This document shows, one piece after another, positions 25,808 through 35,857 of a stretch of DNA of 64,000 bases. The DNA is taken from the NCBI RefSeq assembly GCF_963921235.1, contig NC_086097.1, positions 39,868,001 through 39,932,000 of the forward strand, given 5' to 3'. The notes beneath the pieces are model-generated. The model was given only the letters and a program-made list of their open reading frames with translations, searched no databases and had not been told where the DNA came from. The translations under genes were made by a program, and so were the position numbers. Source of the stretch: Mobula hypostoma (taxonomy: Eukaryota). Position 1 is the stretch's first letter. Each line of letters opens with the position of its first letter.

Positions 25808-25817
25808 TGGCGATGAG
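25808..25817 (+). promoter_or_regulatory. Primer-binding site, tRNA-Ser(GCU)-like
   Basis: TGGCGATGAG lies 3 nt after the 5' LTR. It is one change from TGGCGACGAG, the complement of the tRNA-Ser(GCU) 3' end CUCGUCGCCA. Confidence 0.8.
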
Positions 25818-26166
25818 ATTAATGAACCTACATTGTATCGGAACGCCGTGTTTTAATTGATAACGACACTCGGAAGAAGAGCGCAACGTACGAGCCAAGG
25901 CAGAGTGAGGCCGCGAGTCTGAAAGGAAACGGAAGCACAGCTGCAAGTCTGGAACGTCGGGAGACCAGGAGACACAGTCGGAGCCACAGCATGTCCAGCC
26001 GAGACCACAGCCGGCGCTGACCCCCAGGGGCTGAGGGTCTGCCTGCCTCAGAAGGGAAATAAAAAGGAGCAACACACACACATCCAGACAGAATGCGCTC
26101 GTGGCACTAGCAAAAAGGTCACATGAGTAAAAAAAGGGAGAACGGGACTAAATTAACATAACAAAG

Positions 26167-27135
26167 ATGGCAATGATTGGAACCATTACAGCGTATGATA
26201 GTAGCATTGAAGACTGGGCAACTTACATTGAAAGAGTGGAGTTATATTGTGATGCTAACGATGTTAATGATGGAAAGAAAGTCAGTATCTTACTTAGTAT
26301 TATGGGAGCAAAAACATACAGCCTGCCACGGGGCTTGTTAACACCTGAAAAGCCAGCTGACAAAACTTTCAAGCAAATAGTAGACACTCTGCAACAGCAT
26401 TTAAACCCCAAACCGCTGGGCATTGCTGAAAGATTTAAATTTCACAATTCGAATCAGAGCAAAAATGAAAGCATTTCTGAATATTGTGCTGAATTGCACA
26501 AATTATCAGAACATTGTCAATTTGGAGCTGGTCCATTGGACGCATTGAGGGACAGGTTAGTGTGTGGCATGTACTGTGAAACTACACAGAAGAAGCTCCT
26601 GGGTGAAAAAGGCCTTACATTTGAGAGAGCACTAAACATCTCAATATCATTAGAAATAGCTGCACGAGGTGCTTCAGAGATACAACAAAAATCTCTGGAA
26701 TATGCAACGAATAAAATGACACTGTACAGAAATGAAGGAAAGAAATGTTACCTTTGTGGGAACAGGTCACATGATCCTGATGGTTGCTGGTTTAAAGACA
26801 AAGAATGCAGAAACTGTGGCAAACAGGGCCACATTGGCAGAGTATGCAAAGCTAGTAAACCGCAGAGAAAGGTCAAATTACAGAGAAACAAGAAACCCCA
26901 GAAAGGAAAACACAACAAGGTACACAAAATTAAAGAAGACAGTTCTGATGAAAACAAATCTGATGAAAGTGAACTGTCTTATCTGCAACTTCACAGTGTG
27001 GAAGAGACAGATGATCGAAGAGTAATAGAGATCACTCCACAAGTGGCAGGCGTAAGACTGAAAATGGAGTTGGATACAGGCTCAGCTTTAACAGTGATCT
27101 CTGTTACAAACGACTGTTTTCACACATACTTCTGA
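26167..27135 (+). CDS. gag: Gypsy Gag plus protease N-terminus (322-aa ORF, ends after a frameshift)
   Basis: EDWATYIERV..Y..AN, PKPL.IAERFKFH..NQ...ESISEY..EL..L...C.FG, ALRDRLVCG. Two knuckles (CYLCGNRSHDPDGC, CRNCGKQGHIGRVC). Aspartyl protease motif ELDTGS. Confidence 0.9.
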   Translation: MAMIGTITAYDSSIEDWATYIERVELYCDANDVNDGKKVSILLSIMGAKTYSLPRGLLTPEKPADKTFKQIVDTLQQHLNPKPLGIAERFKFHNSNQSKNESISEYCAELHKLSEHCQFGAGPLDALRDRLVCGMYCETTQKKLLGEKGLTFERALNISISLEIAARGASEIQQKSLEYATNKMTLYRNEGKKCYLCGNRSHDPDGCWFKDKECRNCGKQGHIGRVCKASKPQRKVKLQRNKKPQKGKHNKVHKIKEDSSDENKSDESELSYLQLHSVEETDDRRVIEITPQVAGVRLKMELDTGSALTVISVTNDCFHTYF

Positions 27136-27345
27136 AACGAACAAAACTTCCACTGCTAAAGACTTACACAGGATAGAAAGTGCGTCCCGAAGGCAAAATT
27201 AAAGTGACAGTGACCCACAGAGGTAAAATACAGCAACTGAACCTCTATGTACTGAAAAATGGAGGACCACCTTTGCTGGGATGTGAATGGCTCAGGAAAA
27301 TCCAGTGGATTGACACACCATCAAGGCACTAGATGTGTCAACAAA
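27040..27345 (+). pseudogene. Gypsy aspartyl protease and linker, disrupted
   Basis: After a frameshift near 27106 it reads YKRLFSHILLKRTKLPLLKTYTG*KVRPEG...LYVLKNGGPPLLGCEWLRKIQ. After a 1-nt deletion it continues [10 protein letters not shown]. Confidence 0.85.
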
Positions 27346-27367
27346 GGAGGGCAGCTCGGCGGGGAAG

Positions 27368-28030
27368 ATGTCCGCAGCTCTCCTCTCACCCATTGTCCAC
27401 TATTCCAATGACGAGGAGGAGCTAGGCAGCGTCAACGATGGGGGCGAACGTAGTATCCGTGGCCGCGACTCGGATGAAGATACAGAGGATGCAAGGGAGA
27501 CCGATATTGCCAATAAGCAGGATGATGAAGACTACCTGGAAGTAAAAGAGCAGATGTACCAGGAGAAATTGTCCTAAAAGACAGCTACAGCAATTACAGG
27601 AAGGCACTTTGCAGGAGTATTAGAAAAGGATGAAGAAACTAGATCAACAATTCAAGGAAAGAATACAAAATGCAGAGCTTTTTCTGCAACTGGAGACAGA
27701 ACAAGTGGAAAGGAATTATATTAAAGAGAAGAAAGCAGCAGTGAAGGAATTTGAAGATAAAAAGATTGAGTTAGAAGAAAAGAAAAAGATGATTGAGAAT
27801 GAGAGGCTAACAATGGAACTCACAGGAGATTCTATGGAGGTAAAGCCAATAAGGACTAGGAAACTAAGGAGGAGACCTAATTGCCCTATTCCAATTACAG
27901 ACAAAAGACAAAAACCTGCACCTGCGCAGTTAACTTACTTGTTAACAGATGAACATATAATGGAAGATCTGCAAACTCTCAATAAGCTTAAATCTCCGAA
28001 AAGACCAGCATCTCCGTCTTCTCCTGAACA
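27368..28030 (+). pseudogene. SUDS3: Processed (intronless) SUDS3 fragment inside the LTR element
   Basis: MSAALL...[15 protein letters not shown]...[14 protein letters not shown], then [62 protein letters not shown]...[18 protein letters not shown]...[36 protein letters not shown]. This closely matches vertebrate SDS3 from the start to about residue 240. It has a frameshift near 27572, a stop near 27621, loss of about 8 codons (KENLIAEL in human) and a 3' truncation. Confidence 0.95.
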
Positions 28031-28384
28031 ATTTCCTTGGGAAAGATCCATGCAAATTGATTATCCCTTAAAAGCTCTTGGACAAAATCAATTCCATTCA
28101 AACAGAACAGCTTTCGCACAAGGTAAATCTTTAATTGATCATTTCCTCCATTGAGAATCATACACTTAATCCTTTGCAGGGAAGCTTCTTTTGCACGTAC
28201 GTATTTTGAATCCTCAGCAATGTGTCTTGTTTTGCACAAAGACATTGGGAAACAGCATCAAAACAGAGGCGAATTCTGGCAACAAACTGTAAGGTTTCTA
28301 TTGTTGTATTTTCACACTTGCACAAAATAAACAACACATGAGCTTGGGCACAAGCCAAAAATCAGCCACATCAGGAAGATTCAA
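28018..28384 (-). pseudogene. RNF213: RNF213 cDNA fragment, downstream part (antisense to the LTR element)
   Basis: TTIETLQFVARIRLCFD and [40 protein letters not shown] align with human RNF213 SVEYLQEVARIRLCLD and NDWHRVYLVRKLSSQRGMEFVQGL...WVFPKDVVK (from memory). One frameshift between the blocks. Confidence 0.85.
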
Positions 28385-29825
28385 GCGCTAGTGAATAGAG
28401 GTAAGTTTTGAGCCTGGACTTAAAAGATCAATGGGGGGGGGGCAGATCTGATAGGGAGGGGAATGTTGTTCCACAGTCTAGGGACTACAACAGCACAAGG
28501 CACAGTCACCCCTGAACTTAAATTTAGATCGCGGGGCAGCCAGGAGCCCCAAGTCAGCCGACCTGAGGGAACTGGAAGTAGAATAAGGAGTTAGAAGGTC
28601 TGCGATATAGGAGGGGGCCAGCCCATTTAGGGGTTTATAAACAAACAGGAGAACCTTGAAATCAATTCTAAACCATACTGGTAACCACTGTAGAAAGGCC
28701 AGGATAGAAGTAATATGGTCCCTCTTCCGGGCACCTGTCAGGAGCCTGGCTGTGGTGTTCTGGACCAGTTGCAGGCAGGACAAGGACGACTGACTAATCC
28801 CAGTATACAGGGAGTTGGAGTAGTCCAAGCGGGCAGATATAAGGGTGTGGATGACTTTCTTGAGATCTTTGAAAGAGAGAAACGTCTTGATTTTGGCAAT
28901 AGTACGAAGCTGGAAAAAATTGGCTTTTACTACCACATTAACTTGCTGGTCAAACTTAAAGGCGGAATCAAATATTACACCAAGGTTTTTGACATGGTGT
29001 TTGACAAGGGTAGACAGGTTACCAAGACTGTTGGTAATCACTTTGATGGAGTCAGTGGGGCTAAATAGGACAACTTCAGACTTGCCTTCATTCAACTGTC
29101 GGAAGTTTTGTGCCATCCAACACTTTATGTCCTCAAGGCAGTTCATGAGACTGACTAGATTTGATTGGTCGTTTGGTTTCAAGGGGAGATAAAGCTGTGT
29201 GTTGTCAGCATAACAATGGAAGGAAATTACATGTTTTTGAATGATTTGGCCAAGGGGAAGCATGTATATAGAGAAAAGAATAGGACCTAGGATGGAACCT
29301 TATGGGACCCTGCAAGAGAGACTAACTAGAGAAGAGGAAAATTTGCCTATGCTGGCGGCGCAGCTTCTATTTTTGACATAGGATATGAACCACTTCAAGG
29401 CAGTGCCATCAACACCAACCCCGTAATGGAGACGGTCTATTAAAATGGCATGATCCATAGTATTGAATGCGCTGAGGTCAAGAAGAATTAGGATGGCAGA
29501 GTCACCTGAGTCGGTAGAGAGGAGGAGATCATTGTACACTTTCAGCAGGGCAGACTTTGTGCTATGATAACCTTAAAACCTGACTGAAATCTTTCCTAGA
29601 TGTTGTTTTGGTGTAGGTAGGGCAGCAATTGACTAAGAATAACCTTTTCGATAACCTTTGACAGGAATGGAAGTTTAGAAATAGGTCTGTAGTTACTAGG
29701 TAAGGTAGGGTCTAAATTGTTTTTTTTTCAGGAGGGGCTTGACCGTAGCACGCTTGAAGCAGGTTGGAATGGTACCAGTGGCCAGGGAGCTGTTGATTAT
29801 AGAGAGGATGCTGGGACTGGCTATG
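28385..29825 (-). mobile_element. L2-clade LINE RT fragment inserted in the RNF213 segment
   Basis: ORFs 29696..29881 (IINSSLATG.IP..FK.A.V.PLLKK), 29300..29539 (LILLDLSAF.T.DH.IL) and 28478..29263 (HCYADNTQLY, SARLDYSNSL, RDHITSILA.LQWLP). Confidence 0.9.
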
Positions 29826-29829
29826 TCAA

Positions 29830-30290
29830 TCTTTTCTTGCACTGTGCACAATTGGGATTTTTCATACATTGAATCCTCCAAACAATTCAGAAACAGTGCA
29901 TAGAGTTCAGTCTCATTTTCTCGACTAAGATTTGTTTTTTTTTTAACTTCAGACAGATAGCACTGCAGGTACTCCTTAATATCAGCAAAACTGTACTTTA
30001 GCAGCAGCTTAAGAACAATGGAATGAACAGCAGGATTTCGATCAACTGCTTCTTCAAACTGTGAAAGATTACTGGTAAAGTAGTGATCTTTCTGTGAGAC
30101 ATTGGATTGCCCCGACTTTTGAATAACTAGCCAAGACAGAAGATCACCAACTACTTCTTTTGGAAACCAAAGCTACAAAAAATGCATCACACCTCTTGCA
30201 AAATATGACTAATTTTGCTACAGCTTCAGTTATTTCTTCTGTTACCGCTGGTACATAATCATCAACTAGAGAAGTACAGCACAGTGGGCA
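29830..30290 (-). pseudogene. RNF213: RNF213 cDNA fragment, upstream part (end of RING into E3 module)
   Basis: Minus strand reads CPLCCTSLVDDYVPAVTEEITEAVAK...CKRCDAF, KEVVGDLLSWLVIQK, SQFEEAVDRNPAVHSIVLKLLLKYSFADIKEYLQCYL and ETELYALFLNCLEDSMYEK. The human counterparts (from memory) are CPYCLTALPDEFSPAVS, KEVIESLLSLLFVQK, SPFNDVVDKTPVIRSVILKLLLKYSFHDVKDYIQEYL and KTELYMLFINCLEDSILEK. Confidence 0.88.
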
Positions 30291-30467
30291 GAGTCCCCCC
30301 CAGAGACTTGAGTTATAAATGGGTCTTAGACCAAAAGTTAAAAAAAAGGCTTGTTATAATTTGATATTATTAAGTTACTAAGTAAACAAATGGTAGGCGT
30401 TTTATCTTAGGGGTAAACATATTTGTTTAGCATAGTGCCCCAGTAAAAAAAAAGTTGATACACTATT

Positions 30468-30485
30468 AAAATAAAAGGGGTGGAG
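30468..30485 (+). promoter_or_regulatory. Polypurine tract
   Basis: AAAATAAAAGGGGTGGAG immediately before the 3' LTR. Confidence 0.85.
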
Positions 30486-30709
30486 TGTATCGTATAGCCT
30501 ACATTATAATAAGGGAGTACATTATGTTGTAGTAACACGTCGTTGAATGTGCTATTAGGCACGTATTGAGCATGTGCTATTAGGCGCGTATTGATCAGTA
30601 CGTGTGTGTTCAGTTCAGCTTCAGTCAGTAAAGAATCTTGCTAATTTAGCTCCCGTCTCCAGTGTTCTTATTTATAGCTTTGTTGTGTAACCCGCCCACA
30701 TACACAACA
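30486..30709 (+). repeat. 3' LTR
   Basis: TGTATCGTATAGCC...TACACAACA, followed by TSD GGTAC. Confidence 0.95.
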
Positions 30710-31033
30710 GGTACTTGTCGCAACACCACTTGAAATATGTGTAAAGTACAGATAAATAAAGTTTGGAGACACTTTCAGATATCATGAAACTAACATAACA
30801 AAGAATGTGAAAAAATATTTATTAATTATTTAATTAAAACTATACTCTTGTTCAGATTATGTTTTCACAGCTGCACTCTTCGGTGCTTGCAGAAATGCAA
30901 CATCGAAGAGGCTCCTAATATATTGGTGCCAACTCTTTGGAGAGCTCTTCTAATAGCCCTGGAGCCATATTGCTGTTTCCCCAGAAACTTAAACATTTTC
31001 CTCAATTTCATTATTGTTTTCTTTCTGATATCA

Positions 31034-31270
31034 GGGGTGGCATGGTGACATAGTGGTTAGCACAATGCTTTACAGTACCTGTGACTGGGGTTCATTTCCC
31101 ACCGCTGGCTGGCTGTGAGGAGTTTTTACCTTCTGCCTGTGGGTTTCCTTCAGGTGCTCCTGTTTCCTCCCACTTTCCAGAGGTATAACCAGCTGGAAGG
31201 TTAATTGGTCATTGCAAATTGACCCATGATTAGGCTAGGATTAAATAGGGAGATTGTTGGGCAGCACAGC
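31034..31270 (+). mobile_element. tRNA-derived SINE (V-SINE/HE1-like)
   Basis: A-box-like TGACATAGTGG, B-box-like GGTTCATTTCCC and core GTGGGTTTCC..GGTGCTCC.GTTTCCTCCCAC. Related pieces at about 16390-16445, 19330-19560 and 31770-32000 (minus). Confidence 0.7.
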
Positions 31271-34200
31271 TGAAATATAGAGGGGATGGATGAAATGGAC
31301 AGATGAATGGATTTTGCATCATAATTTTCAGGATTTCAGTTCTTTCTTCATCCTTTCATCTGCAATGTGGCTCGCAGCAGAGTCACCCTAATTATGCACA
31401 CTTTACTCCGTCCCTTCCTGCCCGTCACGTAGCAGCACTGCAAGCCCTCAGCCCACAATGGTTCGTGCTGCGGCTGCATCACCTGTCTGTGACGTTGGTA
31501 ATATGATTGTTTAAACCTTCACTTTGAAGGGATTCCAGGCTATTATTTCAGCTGCACTGCTTATTCAATTAAACTCTTTTAAGCCACAGTAGGGATAAGC
31601 CTGCCTCTGAAAAAGAAAAGAAATACCTTATGGTTGTGGAGAACATAAAGATGGTATCAGTGATTCCGAAACATAAAGTCCTTTCTTTGAATAGCAATCA
31701 CTGTTAAACTGAAAAGCAAAATTCATCAGATGTTGATTTTTTTGGTGATGTACATTTATTTATTTAGAAGTACGATGTGGAATATGCCCTTTGAGCACCA
31801 CCACCCAGCAACCCCCGATTTAGCCCCGGCCTAATCATGGGACAATTTACAACGTCCAATTAACCTGCTAGCCTGTACATATTTGGACCACGGGAGGAAA
31901 GCAGAGGACCTGGAGAAAACCTATGCAATCCCCAGGGAGTATGTATAGACTCCTTACTGATGATGTTGGAATTGAACACTGACGCCCCAAGCTACCATGG
32001 TGCCCATGAGAAATTGCTTGTGCTTGGCGGGACAGTTCAAGTTTGGCAAAGGATAGAAATGTTGGTGCAATTCACTTGATTCGATTTCACTTATTATAAG
32101 AAATCTTGCACTGAGGTTGTACAGTAGGCACTGTGACCCTTATTTGTTATGTTGGGCACCCAGTGTCAGTACCTACGATTTTCGATTTCTATCCCTTGGT
32201 TTTACATTTGTCTCGGGAAGTGAAGCATCCTTTTAGCATCCACTTTATCAAGTCCTCTTGGAATATTATCTAAGTTGATAACGTACACACTCATTATTCT
32301 AAATTCCAGTAAGTAAAGGCCCAACCAGTTCAAACCTCACAGGACAACCCTGCATCCCAGGATTCCAATCTTCAGAACTTTCCTTGGGCTACCTCCAATG
32401 CAAATACATTACGCCTCCTTAAAGAATGAGACCAAAACAGTATTTTAGGTGTGGTTCCACCAAAACTTCTATAGTCGAAGCAAGACTACCCAGATTTTTC
32501 ACTCCATTCCCTTTCAATAAAGACCCAATTTTATCATTCTTCTTAAATATCATCAAAGGTTACATGGAGAAGAGAGGAGAATGGAGTTGAGAGGGATAAT
32601 AAATCAGCCATGATGGAATGGCAAAACAGACTTGATGGGCTGAATAGCCTACTTCTGCTTCTATTGTCTTATGAAACTTATGAATAGAGAAGCATTTGAT
32701 CCATTTTGCCTAGGATCAAATGTTGTAACACATCTTCACTCTTCCCCTTTTTTAACTCTAGTGGAGTTGAGCATTAAGGGGAGAAGGCAGAGAAATAGGG
32801 TTGAGTAAAGATCAGGTCTGACTGCCTAGTGAATGTTGACAGCTGTTAGGAGTTAGGGGTCCAAATACTCCTCATAATTTTCTCATCCCCTTTGTCAAAT
32901 TCACATCTTAAGATCATTTTTTGACTTAGCTTCCAACATTTTCTCAGTCCTCCATTCCAGATTCCGCTCAGTACATTTCTGAGGAATAATTGGAATTAAT
33001 TCCTGTATAGCTAATGCTTTGCCCAATAAACGTGCTTAGCATTGTTCAACCCAGTAGACCAGGTTTTGGTAGTAAATGCCAGCAGTTCTAAATGGAAATG
33101 CCAGCATTTACAGTAATCATTTAAAAGCAGCAAATCAATGGGTTAAAAGTTCCCATGCAATTATTGGCAGTGCAGGTTCCCCATAGAGTCCAGCGGCAGA
33201 ACTTAGTTACACTGAGAATGCCCAGCACTATTACTGCGAAATCAACTCTCCAAACCTGCAGGAGGCTAACCATCCCCATAACTTCAATGGAGATTATAAG
33301 GCTGCAAACAGATGGGTGAAGAAAGGATATGCTCTTTCTTTTAACTTGTTTAAGTTCTAAACTATTTAAGAATTTTTCTATGATTTTATCCAATTGATTT
33401 GCATTATTTTTCTTTTCATTGTTTTACATGTTTTAAGTTGCTAATTCATTTATAATGGTTTATAAGTGCTGATGAATGTCAGAAACTTGCAGACTTTTAA
33501 AAAAAAATCTTATAATTTTGATGTCTGGCAAAGCTAATGGTGAGTTTTACCTGCTGTCAGAAGACTTTCAGACATGAGATTTCTCCAGTGGTCTTCTGAG
33601 ACTTTCGTACATTACTGGATTCTAGGAGACTTTGAGACAGCACCCTGCCAGTTGCTGGTTAGGTACACACACAAAGTGTTGGCAGGAACTAATTTGTGCT
33701 GCCATTTACTGGACCAGTATGATTGTTTCATTAAATAGACCTGAAAATAATTATTAATGACACCAGGAAAAGTCAATATTCTGAATATTATGTAATTACT
33801 CAGTAGGAGAAAATAATGAGACCAGGAGCACAAATTGGTTCAGAACTTTGAAAAGTTATTTTGGAATTACGTATTAAGCCTTATTGCAACATAATTGGTA
33901 TCAACCCAAAACGAGAATGCCCCATGACAATATAAAGTGGGGGAGCATTTGAACTGAATTAGGAAATGGACAAATTTTAATCTATCAAATCAAGGTTATG
34001 TAATTGTCTTTATTTATTGGTTAATGATTGATAAAGAGCTGAATAATGTGTGAGTACCCTGTGGATTTCAAAGACCATCAGTGCTTTAGAACATAGGGAG
34101 AGAAACAAGTTGCAGCAAATTACTTCAGGGATTTTACCCATTAGCAATTCAACACAGAAAATAATTCAACGTCAGAATCAATTGCAATGTCAAAGCATAG

Positions 34201-34544
34201 CAAAATGTGTAGTCATGCAGAAAATGATTTAAAGAGTCAATAGTGCCTAATTCTCAGTGATGCTCCAAGGCACACTTAATCATTAATAAAGATGGCCTAA
34301 TGTAGCTACTTGTTCTAATAAAATTTCACTAATCAAAATGCTAAATGTTCACAATAGTAAACAAACATAGTCATAAATTAGTTATGTTTCAATAAACTAG
34401 TAAATCTGGAGTATAACTAGTATCTAATGTTTTGCCAGTTTTGCAATTTACTCTAATTGATAAATATTTAAAAAGTTAGGAAGCTCTTAATCATTCCTGA
34501 TTGGTGCTGTGGGGTGTGCTGAGCTGTTAAGGGGCCCCAGGCCA

Positions 34545-35025
34545 GTCACCCTACAGATGTACTGTGGAGACCATTCTGACAGGCTGCACAGAATCGAAAG
34601 AAACTACAGAAAGTTGTAGAATTAGTCTGCTCCATCATGAATACTAACCTCTGTAGTATCCAAGGCACCTTCAGGGAGCGGTAACTCAGAGAGGTGGCAT
34701 CCACTATTAAGGACCCACAAACCCAGAGTATGCCCTCTTCTCATTGTTACCGTCAGGAAGAAGGTACAGAAGACTGAAGGCACACACTCAGTGATTCAGG
34801 AACAGCTTCTTCCCATCTGTAACCCAATTTCTAAATGGACATTGAACCCATGAACCTCACTTCTATTATTTCTGTTTTTGCACTATTATAAATTTAACTA
34901 TTTCATATACACTTACTGTAATTGATATTTTTCTATATTTATCACGTATTGCATTGTTCTGCTGCTGCTAAATTGAGAAATTTCACACATATGCCGGAGA
35001 TATTAAACCTGATTATGATTCTGAC
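34545..35025 (+). mobile_element. Rex1-like LINE 3' fragment
   Basis: Collinear with 21600-22120. Tail AAACCTGATTATGATTCTGA. Confidence 0.8.
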
Positions 35026-35857
35026 ATCCACCTGAAGGCAGGAGAGACCTAATTTTCAAATGCTAATTCAGTTCAGACGATGTTACTTGGCTCCGAGAGC
35101 TACTTTAACTTTGATCTGCAGCAAGAAGAAACTCTATTACCCACCCCGGGTGAAGGAATATGACTAGCTTCTGTAGAAGTTTTCTGCCTTTCCTTAACAG
35201 CCAGGAATATTACCTCAAGATCCAGCAGGAGCGCTTACAGATAAGAAGACACGCTTTTCCAGTTTTACAACCACAGATTGTTGTAAGCTCCTATGACATT
35301 CATAAAATACAAGGATATTACAAGCGCAATGTGCTAATTGGCTAGATAATCAAATGTGGTACTGGGGGGCTCAGGGATAATTCTTGTTTTGCTATGGCAA
35401 ATACGTCAAGAGTAGCCTGTGTGAAAGGCTCTTGTAAATATATAATGAAGGAAGGAGGAATACGGACCACATGTAGGGAGTCGGAATTGTTTTAAATTAG
35501 CTGCGTGCTGGACACAGAAGGCTTATTTCTGCATTGTAGTATTCTGTATATAAGTTAGAACATGTGTAGTGGATTTAAAACAAATGTAGCATAATGTCTC
35601 CATATTACCAAGCAGCTATACATGCATTTAATTAGCAATAAAAGAATTACATAGAAGGAGTTTATACAATTTTTTTTCTTCAAAAGAAGAAGACACTCCA
35701 TCTTTTACATCTCTCAACATTAATTCCTGAGCTGCAGACTATACTTTTGATGGTGCAGTCATCTAATTGTTGCTGTTAAATCTGAGAGCAGCCTAGTTCC
35801 CTGATTGAGGTAGTGTGCATCTGAGAAGTCAAAACAAACTGAGCCTTCTTTCTCCTT

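Larger units (their letters stand above)
25581..30709 (+). mobile_element. Ty3/Gypsy (Mag-like) LTR retrotransposon; pol replaced by captured host cDNA fragments
   Basis: Two 224-bp TG..CA LTRs, TSD GGTGC/GGTAC, PBS, gag, protease, the pol C-terminal remnant PPQRLEL* at about 30295-30318, and a PPT. No Gypsy RT, RNase H or integrase motifs inside. Confidence 0.95.

Noticed and set aside
27335..28154. SUDS3 as a functional host gene
   Set aside because: It is intronless, 3'-truncated, has a frameshift, a premature stop and an internal deletion, and lies between LTRs.
28478..29881. Minus-strand RT as the Gypsy element's own pol
   Set aside because: The motifs are non-LTR L2-type and antisense to gag. 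It interrupts the RNF213 segment.
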